Shown one piece after another: positions 13,413 through 26,356 of a stretch of DNA of 64,000 nt. This DNA comes from Octopus vulgaris (Eukaryota). Made by a program: the position numbers and the translations under genes. The DNA is taken from the NCBI GenBank assembly GCA_951406725.2, contig OX597816.1, positions 170,624,001 to 170,688,000 of the forward strand, read 5' to 3'. Each line of letters opens with the position of its first letter. Positions within the stretch are counted from its first letter, which is position 1. The notes under the pieces were generated by a model, which was not told the DNA's origin, did no database searches, and worked only from the letters and a program-made list of their open reading frames with translations.

Positions 13413-13857
13413 TAAGTATCCAATAAAGGTCGGGGCTGATATAGACGACACAATATAGGGTTGTATAAAAGGGTGTAAACTGTAGAAAACAGAAATATAA
13501 TACTTCAAATAAGAAATAATTTGCTAAAAAAGCGAGAACTCTAAGGGATACTCTTGGAACCGCATAAAACTACGGTCACTCTGATAACTAAGGTGGGTGC
13601 CCCACTCAATGCACAGGCGCATGTACAGAGTAGACTCACGCATTCGGATTATCCTTACAACTTTCATTCCTTTATAAATATATTTGCTGGTAAGCAACAC
13701 TTCCATCTCCAGCCTCAGTTTAGTTCTCGAGGGAAATTCAAAGAAGTTCATCAAGCATTGGCCAAAGTGGGATGTGTCTATATTTAAGCCTTTCCATAAT
13801 ACAATCCTGTCGGTACGATCTTCACAATGGTATCAGTTGAAGGCTAGATCCATGCTA

Positions 13858-14015
13858 CAGGTGTGGCTGTGTGGTAAGTAGCTTGCTAACCAACCACATG
13901 GTTTCCGGGTTCAGTCCCACTGCGTGGCATCTTGGGCAAGTGTCTTCTGCTATAGCCCCGGCCGACCAATGCCTTGTGAGTGGATTTGGTAGACGGAAAC
14001 CTAAAGAAGCCTGTC

Positions 14016-14101
<86 letters not shown>

Positions 14102-14313
14102 TTGTGTGTCTGTGTTTGTCCCCCTAGCATTGCTTGACAACCGATTCTAGTGGGTTTACGTTCCCGTCACTTAGCGGTTCGGCAAAAGAGACCGATAGAA
14201 TAAGTACTGGGCTTACAAAAGAATAAGTCCCGGGGTCGATTTCTTCGACTAAAGGCGGTGCTCCTGCATGGCTGCAGTCAAATGACTGAAACAAGTAAAA
14301 GAGTAAAAGAGTA
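13858..14313 (+). mobile_element. OK-like SINE
   Basis: Colinear with 4941-5348, with an expanded internal (TA)n(TG)n. Confidence 0.9.
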
Positions 14314-17072
14314 CACATAACAGCAGATGCTGGACACGACTTTACAAGTAAAGGTGTTCGGGCAACAGATGAAAGCGTGCAGAATAGTTTTGTTGCTCTG
14401 TGCACATGTCGGCCAGCACAGACTAACGGCATTTAGAACTTATGGCAAGCTGGCAATGACTCTTGGTGGCATTATTAGGTCAGGTATTTCTGGAAATTAT
14501 CCATAGCACGAAGGTCCTCCGAAAGAAATCAACCAGTTGATTTGCATCGAGATTCAGGTTCTCCATGAGAACGTCGTTACTCTTTGCCTCTTATTAGCTT
14601 CTAAAGAACGCCAGGATTGAGTCCTATCGAGTAATGAACTGCGATCTTGAGTAGGCTTTGTTATATGCGTTAAAAGAAATGTAACACGCTTCAATTAATA
14701 CCATTCTCTGCTCCAAATATATTTGTTCTTTCTCCCTTTCTCAACTCTGTATTGTATTCACATTTACTTGGAGTGTTTTGAATAACCCGGTAAAAAGCTT
14801 GAAAATGTTCGTTTCTTAAGAAACCTATAACAGCAGAAACATACTTATTTCCTTACATATGAATATTTCCTCTGCAATAATTTGTATATCTGGTATTGTA
14901 TATCTGCAATAATTTGTAGAACGTGTCTCGTTGAACTCTAAGTCAATTGCATACCTATTTATCTTTCATCATATATAAATGGAAGGGTTAAAGATAGAAA
15001 GAGACAGAGAGAAAGGGGAAAGAAAGCGTGTGTCTGTACGTATGTGTGTGTGTACATGTGTGCGTGTTTGTGTGCGTGACATTTAATCATTTGTTACTGT
15101 AATAAAGTTATCTAATTTTAGTTTTTTCTGTTACATTTCCAATCTAAAAAAAACACTTATCACTTAACGATAACGTAAATTCTCCTCGTGAATTGCAGTG
15201 TATTACAACAATGTGTTGAAAATCTAAATATTTAGCACACTTTAAGAAATAAGTTTCTACGTCTCAAGTAATATTCATATTTTTTTTCATTATTTTACAC
15301 TCATTTTGTTCTTGCTTTGATTATTCAATTAGCAATTTTTTTACACACGTCTTAAGTGAATTTAAAATCAATTTTAACATATTTTACAGGAAGAGAGAAA
15401 ATTGTAATTTATTTTATGTTTTGCATAGCTATTATCTTTTTTATAGGACACATTTACACTGTTGTTTGCTCTTTTTCTGTAATAATAATGCTTTTCCCAC
15501 AATATATCAGAGCAAACATTTTCATTTGAAAGACGTGTCACAGCTTGTCTACCTTCATAACATTCTTCCCGTTTTCGTTCTCTCTTCTTGTCTGTCTATC
15601 TCTCTGCATAATTTTATAACACGCATATACACCCGTGCACAAAGAACGAACGCAAAATTCTCTGACACAGATTCGTGTAGGGAGTATTTTCAGCAAATTG
15701 GAATGATAGAGAAAAACAATTAAGCAAAGTGCATAATGCACTATATTTGTAATGAATTATAGTATGGATATAGAGAATACACGAGCATGTGGATCGAGGG
15801 ATTAATTGAAAATAGTACTAAGCTTTCCAGTTTCAAAGAGCAATTGCGCTTGTGTGTCAATGGGGAAAAAACATTTATGTATCTGGTCTAGTAAGCATGT
15901 CAGTGAGTGGAGACAAGATAAATTGATTTCAGTAGATTTAAGATAGCACTGTGTAAACAATTCAATGGATTCGCTCGGCGTTCTGGAAAGAGCTTCTCTT
16001 TTAGTGTTGAAAATTTATGAATCGAAATATATTGAGGTTAGTTCAATTGATAATATTAACCTTTCTTGCAAACAATAACATTGTGTCTCATCAAAATAAA
16101 CCATTACCATATGTCTTCACTAATTCACATAAGATAACACGACGTATAATTTGCACCACATCAAGACTAACAAAATATAGCGAGCATAGTTATTAATGAA
16201 AATTGTGATCAAGGTTTTGAATATATTCTAGAGTACTTTTACTATCAAATTTCATGGGAATGAAAGTGAATTTGACGTCATTGTATGTCAATTCAATATA
16301 TTGAAACTTAACATTTTAAATTAAGTTAAATCTTATTTCTTAAATTTTACTTTTTAAAGTTTGTGTTTCGAAATATCCAAAGCATATTGCATGTATGTCT
16401 TAATTCCTATTGTATGAGATGCTAAATTTTCTCTCGGGATGCTACTATTATACAATCAGTACAGCTTCAGCATTGTAGTCTAATGCTTAGTATTTATCAT
16501 TAATTTCTTTTCAATAAACACACAGAATCGCCCCACTCTATAATTGCTATTTATGTAATCCAATCAATCATGACTGATTAAATTAAATCGATGTTTTCCG
16601 GCCACATCTATAAATAAAGAGATATTGTTATACATAACGTATATAAACCTAAATACAGTTGCTAAATGAGTCGGTTGTATGGTGGGAAAATAACCAATCA
16701 AAACAATGTGTACTGTTATTCTCATCCCGACAGAGCAAACTTAGATATTGCTGTCATTATGTCCTAGATCAGAATTATAAGCTGATCTGCAATCAAAGGC
16801 ATTCCAGCCACGACCATTCCATTTGTTCGAACATAAATAACTATTTTGTCCAAAGTAGTCTTCCTAATATTTTTAAAATACTTTATGCCACGAAGTTAGG
16901 GTGCCATATCTAGTTATTTGTGTATCCGCAGAGAAGATCCCTTGTTAATAAACCGAAGTCGACATTGTAGAATGATAAAAATGAAAACACAGTAAAATGA
17001 ACGAGTGTTCGATTAAAGTGTGACTCGTTTAGTGATTATAGTTTAAGAAGGGATACTGAAGCCACACTGATA

Positions 17073-17480
17073 TACTCTTTTACTCTTTTACTTGTTTGAG
17101 TCATTTGACTGCGGCCATGCTGGAGCACCGCCTTTAATCGAGCAGCTCGACCTCAGGACTTATTCTTTTGTAAGCCCAGTACTTATTCTATCGGTCTCTT
17201 TTGCCGAACCGCTAAGTAACGGGGACATCGGTTGTCAAGCAATGGTTGTCAAGCAATGCTAGGGGAGCAAACACAGACACACAAACACACACACGTATAT
17301 ATATATATACATATATACGACGGGCTTCTTTCAGTTTCCGTCTACCAAATCCACTCACAAGCCTTTGGTCGGCCCGAGGCTATAGTAGAAGACACTTGCC
17401 CAAGGTGCCACGCAGTGGGACTGAACCCGGAACCATGTGGCTGGTAAACAAGCTACTTACCACACAGCCACTCCTGCGCC
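17073..17480 (-). mobile_element. OK-like SINE
   Basis: Reverse-complement copy. Confidence 0.9.
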
Positions 17481-17737
17481 TATATCATAAATATATTTTG
17501 TGAAGATCGAATAATAAAAAAAGGTGATATTATGCAAATGAATTCGTTCTTATTACATATAGGAGACAATATTCAAATAGGTACAGAATATATCTACAAA
17601 TTGTAGGGCGTTGTAATATTCATTTTCTGTAACGCTTCAGTTACAAACTAAAAAAATCAAAATATGTTTTTTGTCATGCATAAAACTAGTACAAACTATT
17701 CTACAAAACTAGTAAACTTATGAAATTGGGCTAGATT

Positions 17738-17785
17738 GAGTCATATCAGCTGATTTCAGATTCGATTAATCTTCATCAGTGACCC
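17738..17785 (-). ncRNA. Canonical minimal type-I hammerhead ribozyme motif
   Basis: Minus strand: GGGTCA CTGATGA AGATT aatcg AATCT GAA ATCAGCTGAT A TGACTC. Full CUGAUGA/GAAA core, 6-bp stem I (one G-U), 5-bp stem II, 10-nt palindromic stem III, AUA site. Confidence 0.85.
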
Positions 17786-18115
17786 ACTACTCCGTCCCCG
17801 CTGGTTAAACAGTCAATGTCAGCTTGTCAGCCTTATAGAGAAAACGATGGGAAACATCGACTGGTTTCCATAATGGTGAGTGAAAATTATAAATTATAAA
17901 GCTGATTATTTGCAATTTAAAACCGATAGACAATAAGTACAATCGTCACTAAAGTGACGGAGGGGTTACCAGCATTGCTAGAAATAAGAGCCAAAATAGC
18001 TGCCGGCCACGTGAGAGCAATTTTGTAACGGCTGACAAGGGCGACATGCTCCCTACCTACGTTAGTTGGCGAATAACCACCTTAATAATTTATATATATA
18101 TATATATATATATTT

Positions 18116-18414
18116 AACAATTGCAGCGTGGAAGGTGTTTATAAGCCATTTAAGAAACACACAAAAGCCGTTCGATTCACTCCAACATTTAAGTTTAATT
18201 TGTCAAAATATTTTCGTCGCTAAAATCCGCGACCTGTTCACTGACAAAGTCCGTGCTGCATCTCGGTGATGCAGCACGGACTTTGTCAGTGAACAGGTCG
18301 CGGATTTTAGCGACGAAAATATTTTGACAAATTAAACTTAAATGTTGGAGTGAATCGAACGGCTTTTGTGTGTTTCTTAAATGGCTTATAAACACCTTCC
18401 ACGCTGCAATTGTT
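18116..18414. repeat. Perfect 147-bp inverted repeat with 5-nt spacer (PLE-type foldback), (TA)n flanked
   Basis: 18116-18262 is the exact reverse complement of 18268-18414. A unique tail continues to ~18470. Confidence 0.97.
18282..18331 (+). ncRNA. Hammerhead motif with G3-C8 swapped core (mirror copy at 18199-18248, minus)
   Basis: TTTGTCA GTGAACA G GTCGC ggatttta GCGAC GAA AATATT T TGACAAA. Confidence 0.65.
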
Positions 18415-18487
18415 TTCGTTTCAGCACACGATCTCAGATCAAATTACTTGCTATGCGAGTACATCTCCGTAATATATATATTTATTC

Positions 18488-18490
<3 letters not shown>

Positions 18491-18553
<63 letters not shown>

Positions 18554-18616
18554 GTATATATATATATATATATATGTGTGTATGTATGTATGTATGTATG
18601 TATGTATGTATGTATG

Positions 18617-18656
<40 letters not shown>
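18491..18656. repeat. (TA)n/(TATG)n compound microsatellite
   Basis: Direct reading. Confidence 0.95.
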
Positions 18657-18659
<3 letters not shown>

Positions 18660-18897
18660 GTTAGTCATAGAAGAATCATTATAATGAGTTAACGACTTTA
18701 TATACGGCATCAAACCTCCACCATACATCATATATAAATAAATATTACAATGGCTTTCATAATATATAAATCAAAATATAAAATATATAAGACATACAAA
18801 TAAAGAAAACCACCAAAAGTAAAACAAAATATACATATATGCGAAAAAAATCAGGTGTAGGAACGTCCCATCAAAACGACTAAAAATTTATAAAATA

Positions 18898-20142
18898 TCA
18901 AGTCACCCCATATGCTCCGTCCGGATTTTGAATAAAGAAAACAAGTGATCAAATGTTATATTTAATTGAAATTTAATCATCAATGTACTTTCCCTGATTA
19001 TCTATGACTTTCATTTATTTACAAGCTTTTTAATCCCATGAATGTAAAACTCTTTTGGTTTCAAAGCGAAGAACTCTAAAATGTCAGTCTTGACCTCCTC
19101 CTGGCATTCGAAAGTTATGTCTCCCAAGTGATTCTGTAAACTACAAAACAAATGGTAGACTGAAGGAGTAAAGTTGGGAGAATAAGGTGGATGAAGAATT
19201 TTTCCCAACCAAGCTCTTCGATCTTCTGTGATGTGATCTTTGCAGTGTGGGGTCACGCATTGTCCTGATGAAAGATCACCCCTTTTCGATTCACTAAAGC
19301 GGGTCTTTTTTTCTTCAAAGCTTGGTTCAAATGCTCCAATTGCTGACAGTACACTTGAGCATTGATTGTTGCAGTAGGTGGTATTAATTCAAAGTAAATT
19401 ACTCCTTTGCAATCCCACCAGATAGAGAGAAAACCCTTTTTCCCATGAAGTTCCCTTCTCGGTTATGGTTGAGCTTTTTCCCTTTTACCAAGCCACTTTT
19501 CGATAGAAGATCCATTTTTCGTCACCAGTTACAAGTCTATCCAAAAATGATGAAGTGAGTTCGCAAGAATGGAGAGAAGAGCAGATTTAACTCGGGATAT
19601 GCGGTTGCTTTCGGGTGATTCATGAGGCACCCATTTTCCAAGTTTAGGAACATTTCCAAGATGTTGAAGAGGACGATGAAGAGTTGTATGGTTTAAACTA
19701 AGCTTTATTGCCAATTCTTCAACTGATAATGCAGGATTTTCTTCAAGTAATGCTTCAAAGAGCTTATCATTATACTCAACTGGACGTCCTGTTCGATCTT
19801 CATCTTTAAGTCTGAAATCTCCACTTCTGAATTTTGCAAACCATCTTCTACAAGTTCTTTCATTCAAGCGTTGTTTCCCATAAACTGAGTGTATGTTTCG
19901 AATCGCTTCGGCTGCAGAGTGTCCTTTTTTGTACTCAATGCTCTTTGGATACTTCCATGTTAGAAATGGTTTTGATCAAAGAAATTTTAATTCTATTATT
20001 TTGTAAAATAATATCTAATTAGTTCAGATGTACACAAATGCACAAAAATAAATTTTAATTCCAATAAGACATTCTAAAATACTATTGAATTTCATTCAAT
20101 TTTTAAAAAGTAAAATCGGACAGAACTTATGGGATGACCTGA
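18898..20142 (-). mobile_element. Full-length decayed mariner (DD34D) transposon, ~1.25 kb
   Basis: Imperfect ~30-bp TIRs (TCAAGTCACCCCATATGCTCCGTCCG and rc TCAGGTCATCCCATAAGTTCTGTCCG) with TA on both sides. Motifs CRRWFAKFRSGDF, WVPHE, TGDEKW, FHQDNA, HPPYSPNFTPSVYHLF. Frameshifted, third catalytic D lost. Confidence 0.93.
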
Positions 20143-20458
20143 TACTTAAGATAGTAAAAATGTGTCATGCTGAAAAACTTGAGAAAGCAGGTAAACAACT
20201 AAAGAATAAATCGACTAAAAAGTTATTATTACTTCACTCGCACCAAAAGTTAATAATCCATGAGTAAAATATTTCGAATAAAAATATACGTCCACACAGA
20301 ATATAATAGTTCGTGAGAAAGTTTTCCCTTGTGATAATAAAGCTTAGTCAAATAGGATTAAACAACAAATTAAATTATCTTTAATCCAGTTACATACGAT
20401 GTTAGTACTGAAGGATATTATTGATGTTACTTTGTTTGTTACACCCACCTTACATGTA

Positions 20459-22217
20459 CGAGGGTTGGTGGAAGAGCTCATAGGTGGACTATGGGGGAGT
20501 GATGCTAGAGATGTGAAATTTTGCAGGCATTAACTTCCGTCCTTTTTATTAATAACACCTTGTTTCTTTCCATGTTAACTGACATTTGGCTGTTCAAAGA
20601 ACACTTCAAATGTCACAAGTAGCGAGCTCTCTTGAAAAATGGTTTAGGCCCCAAGGATATTCATGTTGACATGATTACGACATTAGGTGATGACACTCAA
20701 GCTTTAGGCGTGTCTGTGTGGTTAGGAGTTTGTTTCGCCGCCACATGGCTCCAGGTTCAATCCTACAGCGTGGCACCTCGGGCAAGTGTCTTCTACTGGA
20801 ACCTCGAGCCGACTAAATCTCGTGAGTGAATTTGGTAGACGGAAACTGAAAAAAGTCCGTCGTACTATGTTTGTATATATCTATGTATGTATGCCCTTAT
20901 GTCTAAGTTTGTCCCCTACCATCGCTTGACAACCGATGTTGGTGTGTTTACGTTTCCGTAACTTAGCGGTTCAGCAAAAAAAAAGACTGATAGAAAAATT
21001 ACCAAGCTTTAAAAACGTATTTACTGGAGTCGACTCTTTCGACTAAAATTCTCCAAGGCGGTGCCCCAGCATGACTGCATTCTAATGACTGAAACAAGTA
21101 AAAGCTTTTGCAAAATGCAAAAGAGGGCAGCTGAATTTCGGAGAAGCGGGATTCTTGAAGATGACCCAATGTTTGGAAATCGTACAACTGCCACCACAGA
21201 AAAAATATTGACCGTTTTCACATTCTGATTGTTAACAGGTGACTGACTATGATTTAAATAGCCAATTCTATTAGCATATCTCGTGAAAGTGTTAATAACA
21301 TGCTTCTCAATGAACTTGGTATGATGAAGGTTTCTGCTCAGTTGGTTGGTGCCACGTCTTCTGATAGCTGATCAAAAGGCAACAATGCAACGGAAAGTGC
21401 GATGAATATTAATGCAGTTTATGGGGATCGGACAATAAGCGTAAGCCAATGTCAACAGTGGTTTCAGAAATTCCGAGCCGGAAACTACAGCCTAGAAAAC
21501 GAGCCTCGTCCCAGATCTGTAGATCTCGACGAGAACACTACGGAAAATATCTTACACTGTTTTTGGCAGATTCAGTTGGTTTCTTGGAACGTCTACTAAC
21601 CCAGGATGCGGTGTTGGGTTCATCACTTTCAGTAATAGACAAAGAGACAATCCATACAGTCGAAAAAACCCTCCTCACCTGCTCCAAAGAAGGTTGAGGT
21701 CGTTTCATTTGCAGAGATGAGTGCCTCAGACATTTGGCATGCAAAAGGCATTGCCTATATTGGCTATCTTCAAAAGGGTCACACCATCATAGGAGAGAAC
21801 CATGTCAACTTGATGAGGCAGTTACAAAAGTCTATCAAGATCAAACGCCCAAGAAAGCTGACGAAAGGGATCTTCTTTCATTAGGATAATAATCTAGCAC
21901 ATTCGTTTTTGGTTCCAGTAGCTACTGTGCATTATGGCTTTGAAATCGTTAATCACACACCCTCCTGATTTGTCCCCATCTGACTCTTATCTGTTCCCCA
22001 ACATAAAAAAAAACACTTGACTGAGATAACGTTATATCTGCTAACTTTTTTAACCAGTAGGATGAAAACTTGTTCCCTAATGGGATCCAAGCACTGCAAC
22101 ATCAAGAGTAGAAGTGTGTAGAAAACAAGAGAGAGACTATGTTGGAAAATAAACCTAATTTAGTCACAGTCCATAAGAGTACTTTGGTCAGCCTATAAAC
22201 CTTTCAGCCGACCCTCG
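20459..22217 (+). mobile_element. Decayed mariner (irritans-like) with nested SINE and a foreign mariner fragment
   Basis: TIRs CGAGGGTTGGTGGAAGAGCTCATAGG and rc CGAGGGTCGGCTGAAAGGTTTATAGG. LVPRLLIADQK, YLQKGHTI and PDLSPSDSYLFP remnants. Confidence 0.8.
20706..21104 (+). mobile_element. Old diverged OK-like SINE nested in the mariner
   Basis: Diverged but colinear with the SINE family. Confidence 0.8.
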
Positions 22218-23084
22218 TCTATGTGCTGCAAATTGACGTTAGTGTTCTTCGGATGTGATTCATTTTGTCCTCAGAAGTAATTGGAGTCATCTACTATTGC
22301 TTGGAATCGATTCTTCTAAATGTATTTATGATGTACTGTATTTTATGTTGTGCTGTATTAGTATAAATACGTTCATGAATTCGAGCAGATAATCATGCTA
22401 GATGAAACAGTTTAAATATTCCAATCGTTTAAAGATATGTTTATTTGTTGTTTAAGTTTAGCCCAATGATAGCTCTAATAAGTGTTACTAAGATCACACA
22501 ATCTAATGCATCTCATCTCGCTTCAAAGGTGACTGGAAGGAATTCGAAGGAGAATTATCCATAATTATTTTCTTCCTCTTTGATTTTCAAAGAGATATTC
22601 AAATCAGCTGGTCAGCTGACCTCTATGACGGTACATACATCTTCGTTGTCTGCCCGAGGCAACATTATCCGGCCCGTTATGCTTACATTTGATTGATGTT
22701 TTGATGAGAATTTTCCACCAGTATTCTTTGTATTGATGTTTGTGTACGTATTCAATAACAGGAGACTTTGCTACAATGTCTTGCTGCATAGAGATGTTGT
22801 ACCTTGATTACGTTTTTGGGGCAGCTGCTATTCACGTGTATGACATCGTCCACATAAATATGACATAATCTACATTTCCGATGGCAAGTTAGAATTCATA
22901 GAGCTTCATTGTCCCTTTTGTTTATTAGGTATTTAGCAGCAATCACTTGTTTTTGGATTGCAAATGCGTAGTCTTCGTAATGTGGTGTTATGTAGCGGAC
23001 ATGAGTCCAAGAAACGCTTCGCTTCATCTCAATATTACTGTCTTCTTCAAGTCTCCAGGAAAAATAACCATCCGTGGTCTTTAT

Positions 23085-23198
<114 letters not shown>

Positions 23199-23527
23199 TG
23201 AGCGTCTAACATCCAGGTCTATTTTGAGGTATGTTAGTCCTGCTTATTTTGGAGTTGCATGGCAGATCATCAGGAAGTGAGTACTTCTTAAGAGCTCGGT
23301 ACGGACCCGTAGGACATTCTTCTCTTCACTTTATAGCACTAAGTATTCATTTTTGTTGCAGTCATTTAACAAGTGCTGTCTGTAGAAAACTGTACGACAT
23401 TCGAAGGCTGTCTGCATTGATCTCAAGCCTCACACATTTTACATTGATGTCTCACATGTTACAGTGGAGGGAGACAACCTACAGGGATGATGTCACACGT
23501 CTTGTAGTGAATAGAGACATCCTACAA

Positions 23528-23620
23528 TAATGCCACACACCCGGAATTAATGTCGCACCTTCTGCAGTAATGTAACACCTTCTGCAGGGATAATACACAT
23601 TCTGCAGCAATGTCACATGG
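23528..23620. repeat. Degenerate ~20-bp minisatellite (AATGTCACACCTTCTGCAGT-like), 4-5 units
   Basis: TAATGTCGCACCTTCTGCAG, TAATGTAACACCTTCTGCAG, GGATAATACACATTCTGCAG. Confidence 0.6.
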
Positions 23621-24048
23621 AGATGACGGTCTGTATACTGCGAAATTGTGGGTTTGTTCGATATAATTCAGTTTTAACTTCAGCTGGTGTACCTACATAA
23701 ACAACTTGAAGATATGTCTCTCAGTAATGTGTATAATTACAGAATTATATAATTATTTCTTGTGGCTACTTTCACCCGATGTATCGCGCGCGCAATTTCG
23801 CACAGACACACACACGAGTTATTGGGGGAAACTAGCCAAAAATATATATATAATTATTTAATTCTCGTGATAGCTCATATTACTAGTATATAGATTGGGG
23901 TGGAGTGGCATGCGGGACAAAGAAGTCGCTTGTTGCGTTTGGAGATTTAATCTTATGTCTAGTTTACAGTAGCTATTAGGCTGATTGGATAGGGTACGAA
24001 GTTAATGTTAACAAATCCCACACCCCAACTTCCTTGGTTTTAGAGATC

Positions 24049-24252
24049 AGGTCATGTGAGGGGATTTAGTAGACGGAAACTGGAAATACTTTCAGAAATA
24101 TGCATGTGTGTGGGTGCGCGTGTGTCCAACTACCGCTGGGCAAACGGCAAAAGAGACCTATAGGATAAGTACCCGGTTTTAAAAAGTACTAGAATCGATT
24201 CATGCGACTAAAGTTCTTCATTGTGGCTTCTAATGGCTGAACAAGTAAAAGA
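24049..24252 (+). mobile_element. Highly decayed OK-like SINE fragment
   Basis: GTGAGGGGATTTAGTAGACGGAAACTG ... GGCAAAAGAGACC ... GAACAAGTAAAAG. Confidence 0.6.
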
Positions 24253-24272
24253 TAAACTATATATATATATAA

Positions 24273-24694
24273 GCGCAGGAGTGGCTGTGTGGTAAGTAAA
24301 TTGCTAACCAACCACATGGTTCCGGGTTCAGTCCCACTGCGTGGCATCTTGGGCAAGTGTCTTCTGCTATAGCCCCGGGCCGACCAATGCCTTGTGAGTG
24401 GATTTGGTAGACGGAAACTGAAAAGAAGCCTGTCGTATATATGTATATATATATATAAGTGTGTGTGTATATGTTTGTGTGTCTGTGTTTGTCCCCCTAG
24501 CATTGCTTGACAACCGATGCTGGTGTGTTTACGTCCCCGTCACTTAGCGGTTCGGCAAAAGAGACCGAGAGAATAAGTACTGGCCTTACAAAAAGAATAA
24601 GTCCCGGGGTCGATTTGCTCGACTAAAGGCGGTGCTCCAGCATGGCCGCAATCAAATGACTGAAACAAGTATAAGAGTAAAGAGTAAAAGAGTA
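24273..24694 (+). mobile_element. OK-like SINE (young)
   Basis: Full-length copy with (TA)n on both sides. Confidence 0.92.
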
Positions 24695-24714
24695 TATATA
24701 TATATATATATATC

Positions 24715-24803
<89 letters not shown>
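24715..24803. repeat. (GATA)n microsatellite
   Basis: Direct reading. Confidence 0.97.
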
Positions 24804-24804
<1 letters not shown>

Positions 24805-24836
24805 GTGTTATTCGGAGTGTTATTCAAATTCTTTTA

Positions 24837-24920
24837 CTTCTGACATGTTTCGAAAACAGCACTGGAATTATTCCAAAGGAATGGAATGGTGTAAAACAAT
24901 GTAATCTTCTCATCAGGGTA
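24837..24920 (-). ncRNA. Hammerhead remnant (canonical core, decayed stem I)
   Basis: Minus strand: CTGATGA GAAGA...TTTTC GAA ACATGT C. Stem I no longer pairs. Confidence 0.55.
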
Positions 24921-25009
24921 TGAAAGAAAAAGAAACTTATCAATAAGACATTTTAACAGAATGTGATAGAGGTGTGTGTGTATGTGTGTGTGTGAGTATG
25001 TGTGTGTAG

Positions 25010-25338
25010 AGAAGCATGGTTCAGTGGTTAGCGCATCGAGCTTTCCATCATCAGGTTGTTCGAATACCGGACCGGGCTGCATGTTATGTTCTTGAGCAAG
25101 ACACTTTATTTCATGTTGCTCCAGTTCATTCAGCTGTAGAAATGAGTTGCAACGTCACTGGTTCAAAGCTGTATCAGCCTTTGCCTTTCCCTTGGATAAC
25201 ACTGGTGTTGTGAAGAGGGGTGGCCGGTATGCATGGGCGACTGCTGGTCTTCCATAAACCACCTTGCTCGGACTTGTGCTTGGGAGGATAACTTTCTAGG
25301 TGCAATCCCACGGTCAGTCACGAATGAAAGGGGCCTCA
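25010..25338 (+). mobile_element. tRNA-headed SINE with V-domain-like core and its own tail
   Basis: TGGTTCAGTGGTTAG A-box and GTTCGAATACC B-box. The CTTGAGCAAGACACTTTATTTC core is shared with 33448. Confidence 0.7.
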
Positions 25339-25932
25339 GGATAGATGGGTATAATGCTGAACGGAAGGCTATTAAGTATTTTTTTTTTAAATTAGAAGAT
25401 ATAACGTGAAAGGTAGCCTATAGGAAGAGGAGGGGGTAATGGAAAGAAATAAGCAGAAAAGTAATACAGGAGAAATATAGAGCGATATGTGAATTAAATA
25501 AAAGCTTAATAGGTAGTTCTTCTTCTCAGTTATCTAAAAGAATTTCTGATCATTACTCTACATTTAGGGAGAGTAATAAACGCAAGAGTACAGGGCTTAG
25601 TAAATTAATTTGGTATCTAAAAGATCATAATAAACAAATTAATTTAGATTGGTTGATTCTATCCATTTCATTCCCATATGATAAAGACAAAAAATTCTGC
25701 CAACTCTGTAATAGTGAACTATTTTCTATTCTATTTTCGAAGAATCCCTTTGTAGACACAATTATAGAGCTTGCTTATCGATGTAAACATTGACAGAAAC
25801 ATACCTTTAAGTTCATATAAGTGATATCGACGGAGTGCTTCCATTCCATATTAATTGATCATTTTTACCTTTATGGCTTTTTTGCGCATGCTAAGCCACT
25901 GTTATTATCATAAACAATAATATCCTCATATA

Positions 25933-26356
25933 TCTTTACTCTCTTTTACTCTTTTACTCTTTTACTTGTTTCAGTCATTTGACTGCGGCCATGCTGGAGC
26001 ACCGCCTTTAATCGAGCAACTCGACCCCGGGACTTATTCTTTTTGTAAGCCCAGTACGTATTCTATCGGTCTCTTTTGCCGAACCGCTAAGTGACGGGGA
26101 CGTAAACACACCAGCATCGGTTGTCAAGCAATGCCAGGGGGACAAACACAGACACACAAACACACACACGCATATATATATATACATATATACGACGGGC
26201 TTCTTTTCAGTTTCCGTCTACCAAATCCACTCACAAGGCTTTGGTCCACCCGAGGCTATAGCAGAAGACACTTGCCCAAGATGCCACGCAGTGGGACTGA
26301 ACCCGGAACCATGTGGTTGGTTAGCAAGCTACTTACCACACAGCCACTCCTGCGCC
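25933..26356 (-). mobile_element. OK-like SINE (young)
   Basis: Full-length reverse copy. Confidence 0.92.

Noticed and set aside
13450-14780. Possible ancient Tc1 transposase (AHVQSRL, PGLSPIE)
   Set aside because: Only two weak motif echoes and no TIRs identified.
23528-23620. Short spaced repeats as a CRISPR array
   Set aside because: The units are contiguous and degenerate with no unique spacers, in a eukaryotic context.
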